64,000 nt of DNA. Source: Adineta vaga (Eukaryota > Animalia > Rotifera). Shown here piece after piece: positions 1-12,813 of this stretch. Position 1 is the stretch's first letter. The number at the start of each line of letters is the position of its first letter. Both the position numbers and the translations under genes were made by a program. The notes below the pieces were generated by a model, which saw only the letters and a program-made list of their open reading frames with translations, did no database searches and was not told the origin of the DNA. The stretch covers positions 17,298,001-17,362,000 of the forward strand of contig CP075493.1 in assembly GCA_021613535.1 (NCBI GenBank). The letters are read 5' to 3'.

Positions 1-1703
1 ACACGTTGAATTAATTGTATTATTAGAAAACCATTCGATCATTTCATCAATGTTCCCAATATATTGTACGTCCAATTGAAGTGTAGATAAATGTTGACAT
101 CGTTCAAGAATTCTTTTTATTTGATCGACACTATTTGTTGGTACTTGTAAATGTTTCACACGACATGGAATAGTTGAATGGATATTTTCTATAGTTCGAT
201 TTAAATTATATCGAAGACCATTACCCTGAATAATCAACGAAGAAAGATTGTGTGCTTGTTCCATGAAGATGCCAATATCCATCGGTATGTTTTTATTATA
301 TTTGTAAAAAATATTTTGGCGATATCCATCAAAAAAATAAGTATATAATTTGATTTTAACTAGTTGGGATATATTGATGTATATGGAAAGTGATTGGAGT
401 AATAACAATGGACATTCTTTCTGAAAAATCAATTCGATTTCAGTCACTTTAGGAAACATTGGATGATTTGTAATTGTTTTCTGAAAAATAAAATACATCG
501 TTATAAATATACAAGAAAATGTTTAGTTGATTAACTTACTTGTTGAATCTCATCAACTATAATTTTTGATAAACACAAATTGAGTGAATTTATATTATCT
601 GTTATTGTTGAATTATTATCAAATATCGAAGTACTAGTTGATAAAGATATTTTTTGTGATTTTGTTGTGTATTTTAGAATTGATAAACATATTGGTTCGG
701 AATAAAGACAAATAGTAGAATGATCAATGAGATATTCACAAGAAACAAACCATTTTTTATATTCCATCCAAAATGGTGTTTGAAATAAAGAAATTATCGA
801 CTCGACATCTGTCAAGGCTGTTTTAATTAAAAATTTCTCATTAAAGTAAAATTCAAATTTTTCCAATTGTACTAAATTTATTTGAATGAATTGTTCCCAT
901 CGTTTACCATCTAACATTTCATTTCCACCAATCAATTTTAGATAAACAAGTGATGGTGTTAATAACAAAAGTGATTCCATTTTATCAATCTTTACGACAA
1001 GATCTTTAATAGTTAATGATCTTAATTGTGGAAAATAGATTGAAGTTAAATCATCGATCAAGTTACTTGACATTTTCCTTATAATAAATGTGTGTAAATG
1101 AGGGAAAAATTGAAGTATTGTGCAAAAAGAATTTATATGTATATCACTATTTATTGTCAAATGTTGAATTTTGCAATCAACTGGCCATGTAATTTCATCC
1201 ATTCTTAGTGATTCTATGTCGATTTCTAGTTTACGAAGAGTTAATTGCGCAACAACTGATGAGAGAAGAGATAAAGTTGTTTTTTTGCATTTATTATCAT
1301 ATTTTCTAATGTTGAATGAGAATGAAACAAGTGAATTAAGATTCATTCGTTTCAAAATACAATTTAATTGAAATTCTTCAATATAATGAAGAGTTAAAAA
1401 CTGAATTCGTGTAAATTGTTGAAGATGAACAAGTGATATAAAGACATCGATTTGATTGGATATTTCTTTATTATTTGAAAGTACAAAAGAATTAATATTT
1501 TTTGGATCAATTAATCGACAGAGAACACAAAAATTTGATTTGGAAATTAATTTCGAATCCAAAACATATCGATCATAAGTATTAACAACGGATTGAAATA
1601 ATCTTGATAATGGTCGAATTGAAAATATGATTGTTTCTGTATCCAAATTATCAAAAATTCGATAAAGTAATTCTACTGGTAATGATTGAATTGATAAATT
1701 CAT
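1..1703 (-). CDS. F-box/LRR-like protein; exon 1 1703..540, intron 539..481, exon 2 runs off the left edge
   Basis: N-terminal F-box motif (SIQSLPVELLYRIFDNLD) and LRR-like repeats (FPHLHTF, FPQLRSL, TPSLVYL). Donor CAA|GTAAGT at 539, acceptor TTTTCAG at 481. Frame continues open (KTITNHPMFPKVTE...RCQHLSTL...NSTC). Confidence 0.85.
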
Positions 1704-1950
1704 GTTGTTTTATATTCGATGTTGGTAACTTTTATATTTGTATTTCTCGCAATATGATACACGTTTTACATTGACAAACCATCTCTTTTATATATGACAA
1801 ATTAAAAACAGAACAGAAAAGAAATATGGATATTACCCTTCGATTTTATAGTAATGCGATATATGACGAATGATCAAAAAATTTGAATAGCTATTTTCAG
1901 TTATAATTAAGAGGTCGCTCTTGACAGTGATAAATTATAAAGTTATACTT

Positions 1951-2759
1951 TTTGTGGAACTCACATTACATCGACTTTGTAGAACACAATCTCAAAAACA
2001 TTCATGAACCATTTGAAAGTGAAAATATTATTTTATTACCGACCGCCCCCCTCCCCCTCCCCTATTTTTAACCCGTACAACTTGACATCCCTACGGTGTG
2101 AGCTCAAGTTGCATAAAGTCACGTACAGTATGAGTAATTAATTGATAAATTAATCACATATATATCCTCTCATTCATATATTATCTAAGTAATCAGCTAT
2201 CGAACAACCCGATCGAAAACCTAATGGCTCTGAGATTTCTAACATACACGATGATTCATGAAAACTCAAAGGCCGTGATAGATCCTTTAAGAAAAACATA
2301 AAAATATTCATTCGAATAATTTTTAATTTATAAATTGATTTTTATTCATATATCAATTTAAAACTAATAGATTTTTGAAATACATCAAATTCAAAGACAA
2401 TCCATCGATATTTGTTGAATCGTTTGCAATCGTGTAGCTCTTAGAAAAAAATTGATATCGCCAATCAATTTGTTCAAAGTCAATAGAATCCAACAACAAC
2501 GATAAGTTTAAAAACTTTTTTCATTTCAATTAGATTATTTTTGCACAATTACGCAAAAATAATGAGATAATATTAAAAAAAACATTTTCCTCAAGTATAC
2601 TTCAATTTCCTATATTTATCGAATTCACATTAATAATATTCCTAAAAAAATACGTTTCTTTTTTAAAAAAACACATTTTCCATTGCAAAAGTCCGGAAAA
2701 ACCTAAGAAATGTGAGTTCCACATTTTAGCCCTAAAGGGGCTACGCTGAAAAGCTTTTT
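1951..2759 (+). mobile_element. Non-autonomous Helentron/DINE-1-like (HINE) element
   Basis: Sub-terminal inverted repeat TGTGGAACTCACATT (1953-1967) / AATGTGAGTTCCACA (2709-2723), then stem-loop TAGCCC-TAAAG-GGGCTA (2727-2743). T-runs at both ends. The same end structure recurs at 53278-53530. Confidence 0.65.
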
Positions 2760-3424
2760 ATATATATTTAACAAATATCAATGGAACATACTCATTAAAG
2801 ACAAAATTGCTTATAGGGCACAACAGCAATTCGATAGAGATAGCTGTTTCGAATTTGAATAATGATGGTTATTTGGATATTGCTATCTTGGATACAAAGA
2901 GTCGCCATATACATCTATTTTTTGTAAATACTGATGGAAGTTATCAACCACAGCAATGGCTTTTCACTACGATTGATGCTGACTTTGCAACGCTAATAGT
3001 TGGAGATTTTTATGGCAATAATCAAACAGATATGGTTTTTCTTTGTCTTTGGGGAAATTTGTTTTATATATCATATCAATATACCAATGGTACTTTTCTT
3101 ATTGTTGATGAAGGAATCATGAAGGGACGTAGTCATACGATGTATTCAGTATATGTAGCTGATTTGAATGGCGACACGAATTTAGACATGATTACTGATG
3201 TTCGTTATCTTAATGGAATTTTTTACCTTCTTGGAAAAGGGAATGGGCAGTTTCGTACAAAATATTTTTCTTCGAATGTTACTCGTTCTTCATTATATTT
3301 TATGATTGATGTCAACAATGATAATTGCTCAGATCTAATTACTATGACGAGTGGTTCTACTATCGCCATTATTTTTTTCCATACATGTAAATGTTCTACA
3401 AAGCAAATTATTCAACTTACCTAG
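2759..3424 (+). pseudogene. FG-GAP/VCBS repeat protein, C-terminal fragment
   Basis: Repeats NLNNDGYLDIAI, DFYGNNQTDMVF, DLNGDTNLDMIT, DVNNDNCSDLIT and GKGNGQF. The frame starts right at the HINE 3' end (YIYLTNINGTY) with no ATG or signal peptide. Confidence 0.7.
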
Positions 3425-3630
3425 TTTGATAGTTCAATAATTTTCTCTACTTGAAATTCAAGAACTCCTGCCTATGTAAATGCTGCAGAAATAGTAATAA
3501 ATTCTCTAAATCTACTTTCCTTTTTTCTTTTCTTTTCTTTTTCGTGTTTGTGTACTTCATTCTACATTAACGACAGATTATATTAGAGCGAATAGTCTGA
3601 CTACCATTCTATTGAACTAAAGGATGCTTT

Positions 3631-4392
3631 CTATAAATCAATAACAAGCAACGACATATTCCGCTCAAAATTTTCGAATGGAAGCGAGCTGTTGCCATTC
3701 TTTTTCCAAATCCACGTTGGCGCATAGATTGAGGCAAATTCTTTTCCACCCAATTTCTTCATGTAAATGTGATACGTAACTGGATTTGACGTTTCAACAA
3801 TCGCCTGTTTGTAACCCCTCTGATGTGCATGTTCCAGTGCGAGCCGACGAAGTTTCGTTCCAAGACCTAACAAAGAGTAATGCATTTTTTGGTTCTAAGA
3901 AAGTATTAATACTGGATATTCTTACTTACCATGTCCTTCACATCCTACACGAGTGCCACCGAGTAGTAACTGTACTATGCAATTTTCTTTTAATTCTTGA
4001 CCATTCATCTTCATATATTCTGAGAAGTATTTCTCTTCCAATTCTTCTATTATGTCATTAAATGCTTTCATATTCTCAAGATCAATAGTAGTCTCTGTTG
4101 GTAGAATAGGATGATGTTCTTTCAAAGTTTTAGCATCGCTGGCTTGTATACAACCATGAAGTTCATTTGTCTGCTTATGTATGGCCACGAGCGAAAGACG
4201 ATCTTTGAGGATACAGTCTGATCGAAATAAGGTCATAGGATAAAATTGATCATAGGTAGTGTGAAGGTAGAGATGAATAGGGTTTGTTTTAGTAAAGGAA
4301 TCGGCGAGAAGAGCAGCACATTCAGGCAAACGATGTGCTTGTAAAATTTCGAAAGTGTAGTTCTCATCTTCGTCGATGATGTTGATGGCCAT
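3631..4392 (-). CDS. GNAT-family N-acetyltransferase (AANAT-like); intron 3929..3867
   Basis: Splicing G|GTAAGT...TTAG|GT joins the two ORFs into EGHGLGTKLR (GNAT motif A), followed by VETSNPVTYHIYMKKLG. Confidence 0.85.
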
Positions 4393-4645
4393 GATGGAAA
4401 TATATGTCGTTTCTGTCTCTCACTCTACTACAATGGTTTTTTAAACGAATTAATACGCAGGTAACACAACGGAACGCAAAACAAAGTGTGGATCAAAACA
4501 CTCATCTTTTATTACATATTCTATCGCTGTTATCACGTGCTTGGTGACAAAGAAGAGAAACAGAATGAAAGAAAAAAAAGCATTTCATGTAACCTATATC
4601 GGTATGTCTTTTCTTTGTTTTGTTAGCATATAAAATGAGAAAACA

Positions 4646-4942
4646 TTATTTTAATACGGGATTATTTTCAGCAAAATATGCATGACTATCAGCATTATTA
4701 ATTGCTAAAGTTGGATTCTTTATTGCTAAATTTTTACATCCAGTTTGACCATAAACATTATCTTTAGTACCAGCAACAATATTAAAATGTGATATTTCAT
4801 GAATAAGTGTACCAGCTTTCGAAGCTGTCCAAAATGCAGGACATATAAATATACCTTATAAGGTAAATTTGTATAAACATATGCAAATGTATTTGCTTCA
4901 CGACAAGTACAATCAAATGATATTGGTTTAGAATTAAGTACA
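4646..4942 (-). pseudogene. M35 (aspzincin, peptidyl-Lys metalloendopeptidase-like) C-terminal fragment with frameshift
   Basis: Hand translation: SFDCTCREANTFAYVYTNLPYKVYL / CPAFWTASKAGTLIHEISHFNIVAGTKDNVYGQTGCKNLAIKNPTLAINNADSHAYFAENNPVLK*. HExxH at 4787-4801 plus GTxDxxYG. A 2-nt frameshift lies near 4845. Truncated at the hairpin at 4943. Confidence 0.85.
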
Positions 4943-5002
4943 GAGGATGTGGATATTTCTCTTGATTTTTACTTGCACAGCCCAACTCACACCTACATCC
5001 TC
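4943..5002. repeat. Telomere-like hairpin element copy
   Basis: GAGGATGTGGAT...ACCTACATCCTC(AA). Confidence 0.65.
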
Positions 5003-6609
5003 AAAATTTCAGCCTCTAAATTCAAAGTAAAATTTTGCAACCTAGTACATAAAGTACAAGACAACCGATTCTAGGTTTTAGACCCAAAGTAGGTTGAATA
5101 CACAATAGTACATAAGACTGCGTACATGTTATAGAAAGTATAGTACAAATTGTATTTGTATTTGCGCAGCCCTCACAATATCATTTGTATTGCACCATTT
5201 TGGGTTGATATCATCACAAATGAAGATTCAATGAATAATATTTTCTATCATCAAATAACCGATGCGTCAACCAAACGGATTTTCCGGTAAAATCTCCCAT
5301 TGTTCTTTATGAATTTTCAATGAATAATGGTATTAATTCTTTTGCAATCTACAATTACGATTAATTTCAATGGCCTTATAGTTCGGCGTCCACAGTAATA
5401 TTCATGCTCAAGCAGGTTTCATTGCAGGTGACATAAAGAATTCTTTTGTAATTAGAAAATCTTTCACATCAGAAATATTTAGTAACTCTCAAGATTTCTT
5501 ATTTTGTATGTAATTACCATTAGTTTTTCGTATTAGGAACACTCTAATAAGTTTGCACAAGAAAATCACATCTCTTGTATGTTCACCATTGAAATTACAA
5601 GCTCTATTCGGTAATATTACAGTATTTTTGAAGCTGGTTTTGAATAATATTTATAATAGAATGAAAAGACTTATTTAGTTAGATTGTTTTGATTGACCTT
5701 TCGCAATGTTTGATTCTCGAATCATTTGATTTAAAGATCGTTTCTCACACGCAATCGAACAGGTGGGAAAGAACCAACAAAAGATAGATATCGAATAACT
5801 TTTTCGAAGATAAGGCATATATACTTACCTCATTTACTTTTTCAATGCCATTTAATGTTTCTAATCTTCGCCGACATTTCATTTTGTACGATAGATACAG
5901 AACTTGCAAAATTGAATACAATGGAAGAGACACCGAGTATTTATATCTGACTTAATAATGGGAACTTTGTATAATCCATCAAAAGTTATTTTTTAAGACC
6001 ACAAAATCAAGAAGCTATCTGATTTCGCAGTAAGACCTCACTTTTGATAGCCGAGTTATGAATGAATCGTATGTCTTCGTAAAGGTATCGCAAAAAACAA
6101 ACTCAATCTCAGCAGATCTGATATGAGGCTTGTCCATGTAACGCGACACTTAGCTGATTAAGTATTGGAAGATTTTTTCCGATTTCAACATTTCTATATA
6201 GACTTTCAGATGCAATATTTGCCGCTAATTACGAGTTTGACATTTATTTCGTGAAAAAGCGATATTTTTATGTAATAAATAGTTTTTTGAATGTTCAAAA
6301 CATAGTGCGAGGCATGCTAGTCGATTTTGATTTTTGCAGCTAAAAGCAGTTCCTGATTTCTTATTGAATTCTCGGCATACTACTCAGTATACGAGCTTCC
6401 ACAGTAGTATATCGGTTCCATTCTTGCGTAGAAAGCTTGAAATTATAACCAGAACTTACACTTAAGAGAATCAAAATATTCTGAATATGTTAAGTGCCTT
6501 GAAGCTAATTTATAAAAAACTATAGAGTTTTTTTCGAATTTGTTAGACTACATAAAATGCGACTGATATTGTTTATCGTAGCTATAATGTTTGAAGCTTG
6601 TTTCTAGAA

Positions 6610-7641
6610 ATGATTAAATATTCATCACAACGGATTTTCGTTCTGTTGATTACTCTGCTTGGGCTGACTTTTCAATGCATAGCAGTAACCGTTTATACAT
6701 GCGCAAACGAGACAACTTCTTGCGGCTGTTCTAAACGTATCTATGTTATCTTAAAAATCGGCGGAGGCGAATCGGCTGTATTAAATAAATGGAATTGGAT
6801 CGTATCATTACGTGACACAAATCAACATTTCTGTGGTGGTTCAATTGTAAATGAATGGTATATTATAACAGCAGCTCATTGTTTGAACAAGAGACAGAAT
6901 TTTCTATCCAGAATAACAGTGTGTGCTGGCACATTTCGGCTATCGGATTCTTGCCGACAGCAACGAGCCATTGATTCAATCGTTTTACATCCCTCTTACA
7001 ACGACGAAACATTTGAAAATGATATTGCTTTGATTCGGTTGTTCACACCATTGGATTTCTCTGACACAAAACTAACACCAATCTGCTTGCCAGAAGACGA
7101 TCGACCTGAAAAACATTTAGAAATCGGGAGAAAGGTGGTCGCAATTGGTTGGGGAAGAGTAAACACGAACTTTTCTTCGAATGAACTGCAACAAGCAACA
7201 TTTAAAATCAGGGATCAATCATCAATCCATTGCAAACATGTGTCCAATAGTCGACTACAACTGTGTGCTGGTGGTCGAGGGAAAAGTAACCGTTTTCGAA
7301 CACTAATATAGACAATTTTCCTACACCAGTTTCTATTTATAAGTATCACTTATGGAGATAGTAGTGGACCACTTATGACGTTAACGGCATTGAAACGATG
7401 GGAGCTCATTGGTTTATCGAGTTTTACCCAAATCGATGCTAACTACGAATCCGGCGGTGGTTTTACATTCATCGCACCATTTCTACAATTTATTCGAACA
7501 CATACCCAAGCAGTAATGGATTATCGAATCACAAAAAAGCCTCTGTGGCATTGTCCACAAGGATCTCACTTGAATAATACGAATATCACACAATATTCTC
7601 AAGCATCTTGCACTTACATATGTGAGACCATCTTGATTTGA
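6610..7641 (+). CDS. Secreted trypsin-like (S1) serine protease with one intron near 7287-7343; splice junction atypical, possibly a pseudogene
   Basis: Signal peptide, SCGCS pro-region, IGGGESA, HFCGGSIV, TAAHC, ENDIAL. GDSSGPLM lies in the second exon. I could not make an in-frame canonical GT-AG join. Confidence 0.75.
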
Positions 7642-8197
7642 TTGAGTGTGACCGAGTAATTAACATACGATCGGCAAATCTCAGTGCGACGCTATTTTTA
7701 TAATCAATACTAGCTCTAGAGTAACATTCTAGCTGATTAGAAATCTTTTACTTTCGCTGAAATTGAATACTTCATGTTTACGTTAGAAACAAATCTGACA
7801 ACTCCTATATGACTATAATACCGATAAGTTGTTCTTACGCTCAAAACGATCAGTTGGTCATTGACAGGACAATTTTGTAATTCAGTTTAGGAGATAAAAT
7901 TGCCAAAACTATAAAAATAAATGAGCCTTTGTTTTACACTGTTTTAGACAATACTTTCTTATTAATAACTTTTTCAAGCGATCAGTGACTAAAATTGTCT
8001 AGTATCATAAATATTCTTCAATAAAATAGACAGAATCGCTCCAATTTGACATACAAACTGTTCTCTCCCTTCATCAAAGCAGCCGATGCTTTCGCGTTAT
8101 CTTTAACTTTGTTTGTTGATAAAATCTCACCAAATTAGCATTATATATTAAGTACATTACCACTATTCAACTGTAGTTTTTATCTTTCCCTTGCTAG

Positions 8198-8901
8198 CCC
8201 GCAACATCTTCATCTACAACAACGGTGATACATACGAGGGAGAAACTAAAGATGGCAAGAAGCACGGACGAGGAACATACAATCGTAGCAACGGTAACAC
8301 GTATCAAGGTGATTGGTTGAACGATAAACTAGCAGGGCAAGGAATTTATACGTGGATGGGAGGCGACCGATACATAGGTGACTGGGTTGATAATAGAAAA
8401 ACAGGATATGGAATTATGACTTGGCCCAACGAAGGTCAATACATAGGGCTATTTCAAAACGACATGTTTCGTGGTCGTGGTATACGTGTATACGCGAATG
8501 GTGACGAATATATAGGAGATTTCATAGATGGAGGGCGAATTGGTCGTGGGACGTTTACATGGTCCAGTGGTGATCAGTATCACGGTGATTGGCTCGCTGA
8601 TAGTCGGATTGGACAATGCATTTACATCTGACCGAGTGGTGACAAATATGAGGGTCAGTGGAAAGACAACATGCGTCATGGTCAAGGTACACATTTGTGG
8701 CCAAATGGTAAAAAGTATCAAGGTGATTGGTTCCACAATAGTCAAACTGGGTACGGCGTTATGAGCTGGGCCAACGGTGAAAAATACGACGGGCAGTGGA
8801 AAGACGACATGCGTCATGGTCAAGGCAACCAAACGTGGTCCAATGGCACCATCTCCAAGGGAGTGTTCAACGACGGAACCTATATTGGAGTGGAAAATTA
8901 A
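8198..8901 (+). pseudogene. MORN-repeat exon with an in-frame TGA (8629-8631)
   Basis: YxGxWxxxxxxGxG repeats. ORFs 8191-8631 and 8671-8901 are in the same frame, joined as YI*PSGDKYEGQW. A pyrimidine tract and AG precede 8198. Confidence 0.8.
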
Positions 8902-9990
8902 TTGCCGAGAAACTTTTCACAATTCTTCTAACAGAAGTATAAGATATGAGGACTTTGCAATGTAGTTATATCACAAAGTTAGTGTACTCTATAAACACAT
9001 TAATCATTAAAAGCTTCTCACTCTCTATGAGCTCATAAAGAACAACAATCTATCATTCTAGGAATTATTTTGAAAACTTATAACTTTCGCATCAGTTTCA
9101 ACCCACTTTTTACGTTAGAACCTTCTCGATGTATCAACATCTCGATGTTTCTCATTCATATCAATTGATTAAATGGTCCAGTGGAATAATTGTAGTAAAC
9201 TAAGAGTTGTACTATTGAGTGACCAGACGGTAGTTTTATCTCTATAGGACTAACAACCAACTTTGTTAGTCTCTCTGTAACTCAGTGCTACATTTCTTGA
9301 TCTCGAAAATTTTATCATAGGTAGTGTGGGTGAGGCTCATCGTTGTACAGTAGTTTAAAAAATCTACCCATTGATCAGTTCTTCAATCGTGTATCATCAT
9401 CTAATAATCAGATCTAATACAAATGATGCTGGGTTTATGAGTCATTTATATGGAACTATAGCAAGTTTTTCAACTCAAGACGAATTGTTCCGACCGACGG
9501 ATCCGCTCAGAATCTCCGGGATCCTGTATGTTAGGAAACGAACTATGTTTTCTTTTTCTTCTTTTCTTTCTCTTATCATTCTAACGTGACGTCATTGACA
9601 TATATGTTTCTTTCGTTCTTGGTATATTCCTATATGGATCATCTATCCAGGTGATCTGGACATGGACCAACTCAGGTAGAACATTTCCATAGACTCATTG
9701 GTTTTTTCCTTTTTTTTGACTGTATAAAAGCGCGATGTTTTCACAAATCAAGTAGCGTGGCAAGCGACAAGCGAGCATTCTAAGTCTGTAGCATTTCCCG
9801 CTCTCTCCTGCGGGTTCCATACGGGAAGACAGCGGATCCCGCTGGAACATAACACGAAAAATGGAAGTAATATTCCCAAAGGAACCTCACGAAACCGGAA
9901 CGCTTCATATCCCACATCTTCCCACACACTCAAATCGACCGGAAACAAGTAATAATCTGACAGACACGGCCAGAACGATTATAGGAATCG

Positions 9991-10033
9991 GAGGGTGTGG
10001 GTTTACACCTTATTCTCACCCACATCCACTCTC
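9991..10033. repeat. Telomere-like hairpin element copy
   Basis: GAGGGTGTGGGT-ttacaccttattct-CACCCACATCCACTCTC(AA). Confidence 0.75.
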
Positions 10034-10430
10034 AAGTTCGAGTAAATTCCGTGTATTTTAGGAAGGTCCGAGTGATTAAATGCAAACGAGCTCAAAATAA
10101 AGTTTGAATCAGTCTGATCAAGTTCTTCAAATAAAGCTTAGTAGTACAGAAGGAACAGTGAACGTTAGATCCACAGACGTTATTAAGCAAATTTTAACTT
10201 CAGCGTAATTATAGTCTGTGCTAAAAATCGATGCATCTGTCACAATCGCGAAATGTAACTAAGCATGGATCAATCTTGCAGAGTTTGAAATACGCTGTAT
10301 TATCAGACTTCTCTGTTAGATCAAGCCAAATAGGTATCTGCAGTGTATTTTCACACATCTTCCTTCAGAATAGCTTACGCGATACCATTGCTTTTCATGT
10401 TGTGAAGATTGTATATTGAAGTAAGTAAAT

Positions 10431-10470
10431 AGTGTGGGTGTTCTTTTTATCCACTCACTCACACGTCCTC
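10431..10470. repeat. Telomere-like hairpin element copy (degenerate)
   Basis: AGTGTGGGTG...CACTCACACGTCCTC(AA). Confidence 0.55.
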
Positions 10471-11355
10471 AAGATGATCCAAAATATGATGCGCTTTCTC
10501 ACTTTTCATAACATTTTCATTAGAGTATTCAGCTGTTATGATAAAGCAATGCGCAAATGTGATGAAATATTACTCAAACTTTCTATTATTTGTGTATTCA
10601 AATGTTGCAATAAGAGAGCCGTTTGCATTGTATTCTTAATGATAGATTTCAAATCTGTCTATCTAAATGAAAGACTATAATTGAAACTTCATGTCGATTA
10701 CAAGTCAGTTTCATGCATTCTTTTTTATGTATTTCGGCGAGGATAAATTTCAAAAGAATTTTATCTTACACAATATCACAGAAAAAAGTATCCTAATTCC
10801 TTCTCTTTCGTTTGAAGAAACCTGCAGATCTCTAGCTGTTTGCGTTCTCGAATTATTTATAAAAAAAACAGTCACACAAACGAACTTTTTGGACAGACTA
10901 TACTAGAAATTTTTGCGAAATAGTTGTTCTATATTTAAATTAGGTTGATTTTTTATATCGATGTAATTATAGTGCTTGATTTATGGTATTTCATATGTAA
11001 TAATAACTAATTTTCTGTAAGACTATGAGATAACTTTATTTTTGCTGACCAGTTTATTATATCTCGGTGGGTGCACATAGCCACTTCCTTCGAATTTATA
11101 TTGAATTATGTAAATTAATTGAAAAATAAGAAAACAATGTGAGTGGATGAGAATCTTTTCACTTTTCTATATGTACATACTCTCAAGAAGGTGTGAGTAT
11201 TTATAATCATCCTTGTATTAAATGTCAAGTTTGTTATTATCGATATGATCTTTCAATACTTAAAAACTACAAAGAATATAATTAAAAAACAAAGATTTTA
11301 TTTTCATTTTCTTTACTAATTAATAAATTATCAAAAGAGTATATAAAGATAAAAT

Positions 11356-12813
11356 TCATGATGATCGATAAACTTTTCGACATTGAAAACAACCAATACG
11401 ATATCTTCTATTATTTGTCGATGTATATCGTAATTGTATTGGTCGATGATTATTAGATATTTTACTTAAATTAATATTTGAATCATAAACTATAAAATAT
11501 TCTTCGATATCAATTAATGAACACCACGATCTATTACGTAATTGTTCAATAATTTCTTTCGATTGATATAAAGCATTTGTTTTTCCAATATTAAACAATA
11601 ACATTGTAATAAAATAAGATTTTCCATTTTTCAATGGTTCTTTTAATATATTCTTTGTTAAATAAAGATCATTAACTTTACAAAAACATATTAATTCTAA
11701 ATAATCATAACCAGATGTAATAGTAACTTTATAATGAAATTCAAAATAATTTGATATTTTATTCCAAAATAATGTATGATTAATATCATTTTCAGGTATA
11801 TTATTATTAGTTATTAATGATTTTATTTTGAGTCTTTTAATATCAATATTTTTAAATATTGTTTGTATTTCTTCAATTAAATTTGGATAAGTTCCAAATC
11901 GATCGATTGATATAATTAATTGTTTTGAAGAATTATCATTACCAAATTGAATATAGATCAACTTAAATTGATTCATTTGACAAAAATTTAGAAATTGATC
12001 TATATTATGATCATCATTAATAGTAACTTGAATTTGAAATGATCCATTAATATTATCAGTTGGAACTAATTGATCAAGTAAAATTTTATATTCAATACTT
12101 TTTTCTTGAATATAATCAACAACATCATCAATATTTCGATTATTTTTAAGAAATATTTCTTTTATTTCAAATAAAATAAATGATGATCGTTTAAAATTTT
12201 CAATTGTTCGTAATCGAAGTAATTGTTCAACAATATCTAAATATCTAACAGAATGAAATAAATATTTTAATACACGATCTTCATTTTTTGTTGTGAAATG
12301 ACAAATATTACAAATAAATTGATCTAATTTCATTTCATTTGTTTTTAAATAACCATCATCATATTTATTTTCAATAATACATTGAAAACCTTCAAGATTT
12401 TCATAAAATGCAACTTGTTTTAATCGTAATGGATTAAAATATTTTGTTAAATAAATTGTTTTATAATCAATTTGATTTCTTAAAATAAATTCCGAAGGAT
12501 AAAATAAACATTCAATAGCGAGTAAATAATGTTTTTCTAATAATAATTCAAAATTTTCACATGAATGTATTGTAATATCACATTGATCTAATTGATATAA
12601 TTTAAATTGATGAAAATAATCAATTTCATCATGAAATTTCAAAGATTCTTGATGATATTTATCCGTATTTTTTATAACAATAAGAAAATCACGATCAGAT
12701 CCTTCATGATTTGTTCCATAAACCCATGAACCATAATTATAAATATTTGTTATTTGATCATTATCTAATTCAAGTTGAGTAATAAGCGATGTAACAATAT
12801 TTTCCATATGCAA
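11356..12813 (-). CDS. Pol-beta-superfamily nucleotidyltransferase fused to an uncharacterised C-terminal domain; intronless
   Basis: 485-aa ORF. IYNYGSWVYGTNHEGSDRDFLIV fits the GS...DxD NTase motif, with a third Asp candidate in CDITIH. The C-terminal domain has RLKIK...P...YFEFHYKV. Confidence 0.8.
   Translation of the reverse strand: MHMENIVTSLITQLELDNDQITNIYNYGSWVYGTNHEGSDRDFLIVIKNTDKYHQESLKFHDEIDYFHQFKLYQLDQCDITIHSCENFELLLEKHYLLAIECLFYPSEFILRNQIDYKTIYLTKYFNPLRLKQVAFYENLEGFQCIIENKYDDGYLKTNEMKLDQFICNICHFTTKNEDRVLKYLFHSVRYLDIVEQLLRLRTIENFKRSSFILFEIKEIFLKNNRNIDDVVDYIQEKSIEYKILLDQLVPTDNINGSFQIQVTINDDHNIDQFLNFCQMNQFKLIYIQFGNDNSSKQLIISIDRFGTYPNLIEEIQTIFKNIDIKRLKIKSLITNNNIPENDINHTLFWNKISNYFEFHYKVTITSGYDYLELICFCKVNDLYLTKNILKEPLKNGKSYFITMLLFNIGKTNALYQSKEIIEQLRNRSWCSLIDIEEYFIVYDSNINLSKISNNHRPIQLRYTSTNNRRYRIGCFQCRKVYRSS

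Noticed and set aside
5100-5940. Possible decayed coding sequence on the minus strand
   Set aside because: Fragments look protein-like, but I recognised no assignable motif.
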